A stretch of 64,000 bases of DNA, taken from positions 2,570 through 66,569 of IMG/VR virus record IMGVR_UViG_3300021420_000028. One strand, 5' to 3'. Position 1 is the stretch's first letter. Each line of letters begins with the position of its first letter. The position numbers and the translations under genes are program-made. Shown here one piece after another: positions 8,453-16,465 of the stretch. This DNA comes from a virus. The notes under the pieces are model-generated. The model saw only the letters and a program-made list of their open reading frames with translations. It did no database searches and was not told the DNA's origin.

Positions 8453-9174
8453 TGCCGGAAACAGTTAATCATCCTGATCATTATGGCGGCGCTGATAATC
8501 CATACGAAGCGATCAAGGTTCTTGATCACGGTTTCGTGCGGTTGATCGATCACATGGGGGGTGATCTATCAGTGGTGCGGGCCGCGCGCAACAGCTATGA
8601 CGCGGCATGGCGGGCTGGCGTCGATGAAAAGTCTGACGCCAAGCTGATCAACTACCTGTGGTCACACTATCATACGACCCCATTTGAGGCGGTCACATTC
8701 ACTTTTGAGGTCAAGGCACCGATTTTCGTATTTCGGCAATGGCATCGACATCGCACGTGGTCATACAACGAAGTGTCTGCCCGCTATACTGAGTTGCCGG
8801 AAGAATTCTATGTGCCTAAGCTAGAACATATTGGGTATCAATCGACCACCAACAAGCAGGCACGTGATGTGGGTTCAATTAACGCATATGCTGCATTGAT
8901 TGCAACCATGATCAAGGAAAGTTGTGCCGCTTCCTTCAGGGAGTATCATAAGCTATTGGCTCTAGGAACTCCGCGAGAATTGGCGAGATTGGTGTTGCCG
9001 ATGGGCACGTACAGTAAGATGTTCGGCACTGTTAATTTGCTGAATCTGTTTCGGTTCATGACGCTTCGCAGCGATGCTCATGCACAGTATGAAATTCGTG
9101 TCTATTCGGACGCGATGATCGAGTTGATCAAGCCGATCGTTCCCGTCTGCGTGGCAGCTTGGGAGGGAAAATGA
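8449..9174 (+). CDS. thyX: FAD-dependent thymidylate synthase with a DUF3310-like N-terminal peptide
   Basis: VRAARNSY, HTTPFE, RQWHRHRTWSYNEVSARY (RHR-x7-S), ELARLVLP and HAQYEIR motifs. Confidence 0.92.
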   Translation: MMPETVNHPDHYGGADNPYEAIKVLDHGFVRLIDHMGGDLSVVRAARNSYDAAWRAGVDEKSDAKLINYLWSHYHTTPFEAVTFTFEVKAPIFVFRQWHRHRTWSYNEVSARYTELPEEFYVPKLEHIGYQSTTNKQARDVGSINAYAALIATMIKESCAASFREYHKLLALGTPRELARLVLPMGTYSKMFGTVNLLNLFRFMTLRSDAHAQYEIRVYSDAMIELIKPIVPVCVAAWEGK

Positions 9175-10172
9175 AACGCGTTCTCATCACTGGCGCTGCC
9201 GGCTTTGTCGGGCGCGCCTTCACCCGTCGCTTCGTTCGCGATGGCTGGGAAGTCGTCGCGCTCGACAACATGAGTGCCGGAGAACGCCTGCATAAATGGC
9301 ACGACCCAGTATTGCCCTATTTGGCGCGTTTTGCCCCGCCATGGGATGTTCGTCGCGGGACGCATTCCATGGACATTCCAGATATGTACGATCTTGTCAT
9401 TCATTGTGCCGCTGTTGTTGGCGGCCGACTCAAACTGGATGGTGATCCGCTCGCGGTCGCGACAGACCTTGCGATCGACAGTGATTTTTTTAATTGGGTC
9501 ATCAAGGCGAAGAACAAACCGAAGGTGATCTACTTCTCGTCCTCTGCCGTCTATCCCGTCGAGTTGCAGCAGCGCCTGCAGTACATCAAGCTCGCCGAGT
9601 CGCTTGTGACCCAAGGCGCCACCAAGTTCGGCCGCCCGGATGTCACGTATGGATGGGCCAAGCTGACGGGCGAGTATCTAGCGCATCTCGCAGTCAAGCA
9701 GTACGGCGCCGACGTCCTGATCTATCGACCGTTTTCCGGCTACGGCGAGGATCAGTCCTTCGACTATCCCTTCCCGTCGATCATCCGCCGCGTCGTCAAT
9801 CGGGAGAACCCGATCGCGATCTGGGGTTCCGGGGAACAATGTCGCGACTTCATTCACATCGATGATATCGTCGAAGCGGTCATGCAGAGCAAGGACGTTT
9901 TGAAGCCTAGCGATACGCTCAATCTTGGTACGGGCGTGCCGACGTCGTTTACTCATTTGTCGTGTGCGGCATGGAATCTTATTTTCGATCCCGAGATAAA
10001 ATACTACCCGCCTACTATAGAGTGCGACACTACCAAACCCGAAGGCGTCTTCTACCGTGTCGCTGACACCTATAAGCTGCGGCAGTTCTACAAGCCCAGG
10101 ATCACCTTGGAAGAAGGGATCAGGCGGGTGGCGAAACACTTGACGGAGGCAAAAAAGAAGTGTAGTGAATAA
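9171..10172 (+). CDS. NAD-dependent NDP-sugar epimerase/dehydratase (extended SDR)
   Basis: TGAAGFVG Rossmann motif, SSSAVY, YGWAK (YxxxK), WGSGEQCRDFIHIDD. Confidence 0.92.
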   Translation: MKRVLITGAAGFVGRAFTRRFVRDGWEVVALDNMSAGERLHKWHDPVLPYLARFAPPWDVRRGTHSMDIPDMYDLVIHCAAVVGGRLKLDGDPLAVATDLAIDSDFFNWVIKAKNKPKVIYFSSSAVYPVELQQRLQYIKLAESLVTQGATKFGRPDVTYGWAKLTGEYLAHLAVKQYGADVLIYRPFSGYGEDQSFDYPFPSIIRRVVNRENPIAIWGSGEQCRDFIHIDDIVEAVMQSKDVLKPSDTLNLGTGVPTSFTHLSCAAWNLIFDPEIKYYPPTIECDTTKPEGVFYRVADTYKLRQFYKPRITLEEGIRRVAKHLTEAKKKCSE

Positions 10173-10179
10173 CACTACA
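10140..10179 (+). promoter_or_regulatory. promoter with palindromic operator, copy 2
   Basis: TTGACG 10140-10145; TGTAGTG-aataa-CACTACA 10161-10179. Confidence 0.6.
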
Positions 10180-10190
10180 TGGAGGGAGTC

Positions 10191-10343
10191 ATGCGGCGGC
10201 ACCAGCATAAACGTCCAGCTAAAACGGCAGAGTGGAAAGTGCGTCGAGGCTCTCGTATTGTAGCTACGACTCAAGATTCCAAACGAGAGTATTGGATTCA
10301 CGCGACTAAAGGTTATCGATCTTACCGAAAGGTATCGCCGTGA
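10191..10343 (+). CDS. small basic hypothetical protein (50 aa)
   Basis: MRRHQHKRPAKTAEWKVRRGSRIVATTQDSKREYWIHATKGYRSYRKVSP*; GGAGGGAG RBS; GTGA coupling to the recombinase. Confidence 0.55.
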   Translation: MRRHQHKRPAKTAEWKVRRGSRIVATTQDSKREYWIHATKGYRSYRKVSP

Positions 10344-11050
10344 TTTGCGCCTACGCCCGCACCTCGACGCTCAAGCAGGCTGGTCCCGACAAGACCACGA
10401 TCGCGGAGCAATTGGCGAAATGCAAGGCGATTGCCGGACTGCGCGGCTCGGCCGGCAAGTACGATTTTCAAACTTACACCGATGCCGGCGTCTCCGGGTC
10501 TACCCCCCTGAGCGAGCGCCCCGGAGGCAAGGATCTCCTTGCCGCGGTCAAGCCGGGCGACATCGTGATCGCCGCCAAGATGGATCGCCTTTTTCGTTCC
10601 GCATCCGACGCGCTCGCGACGATCGAGCGGTTCAAGAAGCAGAAGATCGGCTTGATCCTATGCGACATGAGCGTGGAGCCTGTGGCCGACAGCCCTGCGG
10701 CGACGATGTTTTTCAACATGCTGGCTGCTTTTGCCCAGTTCGAGCGCGAACGTATCCGCGAGCGCATCGCCGACGGCAAGCGCGCCAAGCGCGAGCGTGG
10801 CGGGCACACGGGCGGCCCGGTCCCGTACGGCTGGCGCAAGGTTGGAGAGGGCACCAGGGCCGTCCTCGTGCGGAACGAAGCCGAGGAGGAGCATGCGCGT
10901 GCGGCCCGCTGGTTCCGGGACCAGGCGCGTGCTAGAGGTCCGACGCGCATCGCCGAGCTGATGTCGCATGAGGGTATGCTGGGGCGAGACGGCAAGCCGT
11001 ACACGGCCTTGGCGGTGTGGCGGATGCTCAAGAGGAAGGAAGCTGCGTGA
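10340..11050 (+). CDS. serine recombinase (resolvase/invertase-type)
   Basis: YARTST catalytic motif, DAGVSG, KMDRLFRS, FAQFERERIRER, GGPVPYG. Confidence 0.92.
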   Translation: MICAYARTSTLKQAGPDKTTIAEQLAKCKAIAGLRGSAGKYDFQTYTDAGVSGSTPLSERPGGKDLLAAVKPGDIVIAAKMDRLFRSASDALATIERFKKQKIGLILCDMSVEPVADSPAATMFFNMLAAFAQFERERIRERIADGKRAKRERGGHTGGPVPYGWRKVGEGTRAVLVRNEAEEEHARAARWFRDQARARGPTRIAELMSHEGMLGRDGKPYTALAVWRMLKRKEAA

Positions 11051-11655
11051 TGGGTAAACCTATTTTATGTTTGGATTTTGACGGTGTGATTCACAGCTAT
11101 TCGAGCGGTTGGAAGGGCGCGGACACGATCCCCGATCTTCCGGTCGCGGGCGCGATGCAATTCATCTGGGATGCGACCGAGCACTTTCGTGTTGCCGTCT
11201 TCTCGTCGCGCTCCAATCAGCCAGGCGGATTAAGCGCAATGAAGGCGTGGCTCTATCACCACTTCAAAGACTACTGGGGAACACACGCGACGCAGGCCGA
11301 TGACAAGCTGTCTGACATAGAGTGGCCGCTGGAAAAACCGGCGGCGATGGTTACCATCGACGACCGCGCGCTGACCTTTGACGGCACGTGGCCGCGGATC
11401 GAAGACCTCAAAGCCTTCCAACCTTGGAATAAGCGTCCGATCGGCGCCACGGGCGACTTCCCGCAAGGACAACTCAACGATGATGACCAGGGTGAGCTTC
11501 GAATGGCGGTCGCCTACGACAAGCTAGACGGCATCGTGCGCATCGAGTTTGGTAAGCCGGTAGCGTGGCTTGGGCTGCCGCCGCCGCAAGCGATCGAATT
11601 AGCCAAGCTTCTTTTGAGGCACGCTGGCGCCAAAAAGATCGAGGTTGAATTGTAA
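11050..11655 (+). CDS. HAD-superfamily phosphatase fused to a C-terminal domain of unknown function
   Basis: LDFDGVIH, FSSR and KP..IDDRA motifs; separate C-terminal GATGDFPQG...WLGLPP module. Confidence 0.75.
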   Translation: MGKPILCLDFDGVIHSYSSGWKGADTIPDLPVAGAMQFIWDATEHFRVAVFSSRSNQPGGLSAMKAWLYHHFKDYWGTHATQADDKLSDIEWPLEKPAAMVTIDDRALTFDGTWPRIEDLKAFQPWNKRPIGATGDFPQGQLNDDDQGELRMAVAYDKLDGIVRIEFGKPVAWLGLPPPQAIELAKLLLRHAGAKKIEVEL

Positions 11656-13064
11656 TGGGTGACCGTCAGCAAGCGACGCTTTTTTACAACCAGGCGGTTG
11701 CGTCCAGCAACAACAAGGATGATCCCAAGCATCTGGAGCACGCGCTCCATTTGTTCTCGTCCGCCTGCAATGCGGATCCGACCTGGGGGCAGGCGTTTTA
11801 CCAGGCTGGCTGCAACCATTCCGATCTCAACGCGATCCCGTCCGCGATCGCCTGCTGGCGCCGCGCCTTGGAGTGCGGCCTGGATGATGGCACCAAGGCC
11901 AAGGCGCTGGTCAACATAGGTTATCGGCTTCACGGTCTTGGGCAGTCGCGAGAGGCTCTCTGCGTGACCGAGGAGGGTTTGAAGGTCGATCCCAACCTCC
12001 AGTATGGCTGGGTTCACATTTCCCAAATTAAGACGATCCAGAACAGGGTTGGCGAAGCGCTGGAGGCGGCGCAGCGCGCGTGGGACTTGATGCCGTCCGA
12101 TCCGATCGTCGAACTCGCTTATGCGTTCGCGTTGCTTCAAGCTCGGAAGCTGGATGAAGGCTTCAAACGGTTCGAGGTACGTTTCAGGTACAAACTGAAG
12201 TCGTATCTGAATCTGCCTTATGCACAATGGGAGGGTGAAAGTGAAAAAACGGTCTACGTCGATGCAGATCAAGGTCTCGGGGACACCATCAGCTTTGCAA
12301 GATTTATCTCGCTTGCTGCGAAACGTGCGCGTTACCTCCACCTTATGGTGCAGCCCGAGCTCGTGCGGCTTTTTATGAACGCCTTCGTCGGGATTCCAAA
12401 TGTTAATATCGTCCCCAAGCCCGCTCCCCTCCCCGAAGCGGATTGCTGGACGACCTTCGTCAGCCTCCCGACCGCGCTCGGGCTCTCGACCGAAGAAATC
12501 CGACAAGCACCGCATATCTCGTACCCGGTCGTCCAGCTCCCGCTGAATTGGAAGGTTACGGATCGCAAGCTGCATATCGGCATCGCCTGGGCAGGGAGCC
12601 CGTTCAATGACATCAACTCGCATCGGTCAATCCCCGTCGAGCAATTCTTTGACTTATACCGAATCCCAAGTATTCAGCTATATGCTCTCCAAATTGGGCC
12701 TGAATCCCAGCGCTTGTATGACAATCACGGTCTTCCCCTCGTGCGAGACCTTTCTCCTTACATCCGAGACGTCGTCGATACCATCTCCGTCCTCAAGCAA
12801 CTCGACCTAGTGATCTGCTGCGAATCGGCCCTCGCCCACATCTGCGCTTTGACGGGGACCGAGTGCTGGGTGCCCTACAGCCGACTGGGCAAGGACTATC
12901 GTCTGGGCACGAATGGCCGGGATCAGGTATGGTCGAATCACCGCGTGTTCAATCAGGGCGAAGACTTGCGCTGGGCGCCCGTTTTTAACGACATCTCACT
13001 GGCGCTGGAGGCTCGTATTCATGCACTTGATCGACAGGTTGGAAAAAAGAGCGCGAGAGCTTGA
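11655..13064 (+). CDS. TPR-repeat protein with GT9-like (GT-B) glycosyltransferase domain
   Basis: N-terminal TPR helices; DQGLGDTISFARF, IGIAWAGSP..RS and LDLVICCESALAH motifs. Confidence 0.85.
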   Translation: MGDRQQATLFYNQAVASSNNKDDPKHLEHALHLFSSACNADPTWGQAFYQAGCNHSDLNAIPSAIACWRRALECGLDDGTKAKALVNIGYRLHGLGQSREALCVTEEGLKVDPNLQYGWVHISQIKTIQNRVGEALEAAQRAWDLMPSDPIVELAYAFALLQARKLDEGFKRFEVRFRYKLKSYLNLPYAQWEGESEKTVYVDADQGLGDTISFARFISLAAKRARYLHLMVQPELVRLFMNAFVGIPNVNIVPKPAPLPEADCWTTFVSLPTALGLSTEEIRQAPHISYPVVQLPLNWKVTDRKLHIGIAWAGSPFNDINSHRSIPVEQFFDLYRIPSIQLYALQIGPESQRLYDNHGLPLVRDLSPYIRDVVDTISVLKQLDLVICCESALAHICALTGTECWVPYSRLGKDYRLGTNGRDQVWSNHRVFNQGEDLRWAPVFNDISLALEARIHALDRQVGKKSARA

Positions 13065-13311
13065 TCAGCGGGTTCGCCAGAATTATTACAACCAGCAGGC
13101 GGCTGATGATCGGGAACTCATGTTTCTGGCCGCCAAAAAACTATCGTTATATGAAGCGTTATCTACGTCGAACATAGAAAACGGTATTCGCTTGATGGAA
13201 GAGGTTCTTGCCAATGACCGACGACGAGATGACCGTGCTGATGATCGCGGCGGAAGGCGAGTCGATGGCCCCGATTGGCCGGTGGAAGGAACCGTTACTG
13301 GCGCTGACTGA
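13021..13311 (+). CDS. hypothetical protein
   Basis: GGAGG RBS before ATG 13021; overlaps both neighbours. Confidence 0.35.
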   Translation: MHLIDRLEKRARELDQRVRQNYYNQQAADDRELMFLAAKKLSLYEALSTSNIENGIRLMEEVLANDRRRDDRADDRGGRRVDGPDWPVEGTVTGAD

Positions 13312-14257
13312 ACGCGGGCTGATGAGCGCCAACGACCCCGTTAATTACGTCATTACTGGCAAGGGACGGGCCGAATTGGCGCGGGAAGAGAAGCTGCGTG
13401 ACGGCGCTTTCGCCAAGGCGTTGTCCGCGCAGCGGTGCGAGAGCAGCGACCTGCACGTACACATGACCGTACTCGGTCGCGAGATCGTGTTCGACTTGGT
13501 GTATGATCCCGGTTTCATTGCTGACGTCATGACGAAGCGCTTTCTTGAACATAACGGTGCCTGCGAGCCGGAGACCGTTCATCTCATGCGGCGTGTTCTG
13601 CGTCCGGGCGATTTTGCCATCGATGGAGGCGCCAACATTGGTTTTTTCACGATGGTGATGTCTTGCCTGGTCGGCGATTCTTCGATAGGCTCAGAAGGTC
13701 ATGTCGAGGCGTTCGAGCCGTCCACGGTTAATTTCAAGAAGCTGCGCATCAACGTGGAGCGCAGCCACGCCGAGAACGTCACGGTCATCAATCGCGCCTT
13801 GTGGAGCGAGGATACCCAGGTTACGCTTCATCAGCCGGCGGATACCGGCATGAGCAGCCTGGCCCCGTTGCAGGGAACCTTGAACCGGACGCCGGTTGGC
13901 GGGCTCACTCTTGACAAGTGGTGTCTAGCTTACGACCAGAAGCCGCGGTTGTTGAAGCTGGACATTGAGGGTGCCGAGTTGCATGCATTGATTGGCGCGG
14001 GGCAGTTGCTGACGCGAGGAATCGATTTCGTTTGCTGCGAGATGAACCTGCCCGCGCTCAACCGGTTTGGAGCGTCTCAGATGGACCTGCGCGATTACAT
14101 GGCGGGTAAAGGCTACACGACGTTCGAGCTAAGGCAGGACGGAGGACGACCGGTTCCTGTCGATCGGGAGCGCTTGTTGGTGCCGGAAGTTGCTAACTTT
14201 AATGTGCTGTTCTCGACAGTCGAGAGGGTACATGAGGCTTGGGAGCAACCGTTGTGA
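13214..14257 (+). CDS. FkbM-family SAM methyltransferase with N-terminal winged-helix-like extension
   Basis: EPET, IDGGANIGFFT, AFEP and LKLDIEGAE motifs. Confidence 0.88.
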   Translation: MTDDEMTVLMIAAEGESMAPIGRWKEPLLALTERGLMSANDPVNYVITGKGRAELAREEKLRDGAFAKALSAQRCESSDLHVHMTVLGREIVFDLVYDPGFIADVMTKRFLEHNGACEPETVHLMRRVLRPGDFAIDGGANIGFFTMVMSCLVGDSSIGSEGHVEAFEPSTVNFKKLRINVERSHAENVTVINRALWSEDTQVTLHQPADTGMSSLAPLQGTLNRTPVGGLTLDKWCLAYDQKPRLLKLDIEGAELHALIGAGQLLTRGIDFVCCEMNLPALNRFGASQMDLRDYMAGKGYTTFELRQDGGRPVPVDRERLLVPEVANFNVLFSTVERVHEAWEQPL

Positions 14258-14466
14258 CGAGTGTCGGTTTTTCTAATGCCGTTGAGATCGATTACACGAA
14301 TTATCGCGGTGAACGCGCTAAGCGGCTTATCCGTCCGATGTCGATCTGCTTTGCGGCGAACGAGTATCATCCCGCCGTGCAGTGGCTTATAAAAGCTGTG
14401 GATTTGGAAAAGGATGCAATTCGCACGTTTGCTATGACTCAAATTCATTCTTGGGTTCCAAAATGA
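14254..14466 (+). CDS. stand-alone WYL-domain protein
   Basis: IDYTNYRGE...R.IRP...WLIKAVDLEKDAIRTFAM..I fits the WYL Sm-like pattern. Confidence 0.75.
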   Translation: MTSVGFSNAVEIDYTNYRGERAKRLIRPMSICFAANEYHPAVQWLIKAVDLEKDAIRTFAMTQIHSWVPK

Positions 14467-14792
14467 CCGATCGCAAAGCCCTTGAGAAGCTGTGGGAGCG
14501 CGCCGATGGCACTTATTTCCGGCGCTATCCTGATCGCTTTTATCACATCCGTAACGCCTACGAGCACGAATGCAGCGGAGAATTCTGGACTCTCGGAGCG
14601 CACGAGACTAACCGCCGCCGGATCATCCTGTGCCGGGCCGATGCCGAGCAGAAGCCGCTGCCGGACAACAAGGTCATGAAGATCCCGTTCTTGGCGTTTG
14701 CGGATGAAAGTATTGAGGATGACGACGATACGCTTTATCCGATCGTCAGGGACATTATGCTCGACGCTTTGAAGAGGGAGAAGTTGAAATGA
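14463..14792 (+). CDS. hypothetical protein
   Basis: ATGA-coupled ORF. Confidence 0.65.
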   Translation: MTDRKALEKLWERADGTYFRRYPDRFYHIRNAYEHECSGEFWTLGAHETNRRRIILCRADAEQKPLPDNKVMKIPFLAFADESIEDDDDTLYPIVRDIMLDALKREKLK

Positions 14793-14980
14793 GTGGAGTC
14801 GAGACGAGCAAGTCGTTCGGGGAAGAAACGTATCTAGGCGACGCGGTCTATGCATGGTTCGACGGGTATCAAATATGGTTGCGGACTGGTGATGGAAACG
14901 ATAACCGGATCGCACTTGAACCTGGAGTATACGCCGCACTTCGGAAGTACGGTGACGATATATGGGGGTTGGCGCCATGA
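14789..14980 (+). CDS. hypothetical phage protein
   Basis: YLGDAVYAWFDGYQIWL...IALEP; ATGA-coupled. Confidence 0.65.
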   Translation: MSGVETSKSFGEETYLGDAVYAWFDGYQIWLRTGDGNDNRIALEPGVYAALRKYGDDIWGLAP

Positions 14981-15192
14981 GTTGGTCCCAATCCGTTTTC
15001 TCTTCCGTCGTCTCCGAAGTCGGCTACGATTCGGACAGCGGCGAGCTTCTCGTGACGTGGTCGAAATCAGGTAAGGTCTCCGCTTACCAGGGCGTCCCCG
15101 AGGATGTCGCCCAGAGGCTTGCCAACGCGCCGTCAGTCGGGCAGATGATCAATGACGAGATCAAACCGTACTTTTCCCACAGCTATAGATGA
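14977..15192 (+). CDS. KTSC-domain protein
   Basis: SSVVSEVGYD...L.VTW...Y.GVP...L.NAPSVG..IN..IK..F. Confidence 0.85.
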   Translation: MSWSQSVFSSVVSEVGYDSDSGELLVTWSKSGKVSAYQGVPEDVAQRLANAPSVGQMINDEIKPYFSHSYR

Positions 15193-15292
15193 TTACGACT
15201 GGACTGACGACCACCGAAAGAATATCGAATTCGCCTATGCGTTCATCCGCGAGCGTGTCGCCGATGGCGGGAAGGGATGGAGAGGATATCCG

Positions 15293-15559
15293 ATGGATGG
15301 TCAATCGCTAGTCGAGCGCTCCGAACAAAAGATCGCGGAGCGTTTCCGCGTCATGGCGGAACGAATCGAACGTAATCCTCAAGAGTTTGGCGGCGCCTGC
15401 GTGATCGTCCCGCCCGGCGGTACTGAGCCGATCGAGTTCCTGCTGATCGATGCGAAGGGGGACGTAGCCCAATTTTATGGGACCATAAAAAGCAAGCTGG
15501 AGATACAGTTGGAGGAGTTGCGGGCGGCGCAGCAGAAGCAACAGCATTGGGGGCGTTGA
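15293..15559 (+). CDS. hypothetical protein
   Basis: GAGG RBS; high-GC codon usage like the core genes. Confidence 0.6.
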   Translation: MDGQSLVERSEQKIAERFRVMAERIERNPQEFGGACVIVPPGGTEPIEFLLIDAKGDVAQFYGTIKSKLEIQLEELRAAQQKQQHWGR

Positions 15560-15587
15560 CAAAGCAGATGTAGTGCTATACACTACA
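15556..15587 (+). promoter_or_regulatory. promoter with palindromic operator, copy 3
   Basis: TTGACA-17 bp-TACACT; TGTAGTG-ctata-CACTACA 15569-15587 overlaps the -10. Confidence 0.75.
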
Positions 15588-15617
15588 TGATGTTAACAAC
15601 CCATTGGAGACGATAAA

Positions 15618-15881
15618 ATGGCCGCCAGAGTTCAGAAATCCGAAAACATCGTTACGAAATTGGAGACTGTTCCGATGCCGCGCGTGCAGCGTTCGTTCGA
15701 TGGCATCCGTTCGGCATTGTTCGACGAGTGGGACAGTTTGCGGTCTGGCAACACTACCGCGGATAACGCCAAAGCCGCGTCCCGCATGGCGGACGTCATT
15801 CTCAAGAGCGTAGAGACGCAGCTGGAAACCTTGAAATTTTCCAGCACCCATTCTCAGCAGGCCGGCTTGCTGTTGAAATGA
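15618..15881 (+). CDS. hypothetical protein
   Basis: GGAG RBS downstream of the promoter. Confidence 0.65.
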   Translation: MAARVQKSENIVTKLETVPMPRVQRSFDGIRSALFDEWDSLRSGNTTADNAKAASRMADVILKSVETQLETLKFSSTHSQQAGLLLK

Positions 15882-16465
15882 GGACGCATTGTCCTGTTTG
15901 CGGTCGGGGGTTGTGCCCCGACTTGCAACCTGTTCTCGAGTGGTGGTCGCCACAGGTTAGTGGCCGTATGAGACCGCCGTGGATTTCGTCGGATTGGATA
16001 AAAAGCATATGCGGCGGTTGTCAAGAGCGTTTTGCGCTGTGGTTGCGTCGACGAGATGAGCGCCTCTATTGGGTTGAGGATAACCAGTTTAATTTTAATG
16101 TTTGGTTGGCTGTTCAGCTAAATAAAGATTTGAAACGTATTCGCACTAAGAATTCTTTGCGTGTTTGGTGCCGAGAAGTCACGGCATACGGACCTTGTTC
16201 GCGCGAAGCCAAGTACGAAAATGGCTTTTGCACTCGTCACGAGCCGGGAGTTTATACCGTAGCGAGTCGCACCGGTCGTATGGATCGAGTAGCGGCTGGA
16301 CAGCGCGAGCAGGAAAATGTTAAGCGTCGCCGCCGCATAGCGGAACGGGCATACTTGCGTAAGCAGCTTTTTAGCGCTAGCTTGTCGCCATGGCAGGCTG
16401 GAGCGAAGCGAAAAGGGATCGTGTCGAGGCGGCGTTTTATGCCTTCCTGGCCCGTTGCTATATAA
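15878..16465 (+). CDS. Cys-rich hypothetical protein
   Basis: CPVC, CGGC and C..C..CTRH; ATGA-coupled; overlaps the terminase start. Confidence 0.5.
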   Translation: MRTHCPVCGRGLCPDLQPVLEWWSPQVSGRMRPPWISSDWIKSICGGCQERFALWLRRRDERLYWVEDNQFNFNVWLAVQLNKDLKRIRTKNSLRVWCREVTAYGPCSREAKYENGFCTRHEPGVYTVASRTGRMDRVAAGQREQENVKRRRRIAERAYLRKQLFSASLSPWQAGAKRKGIVSRRRFMPSWPVAI

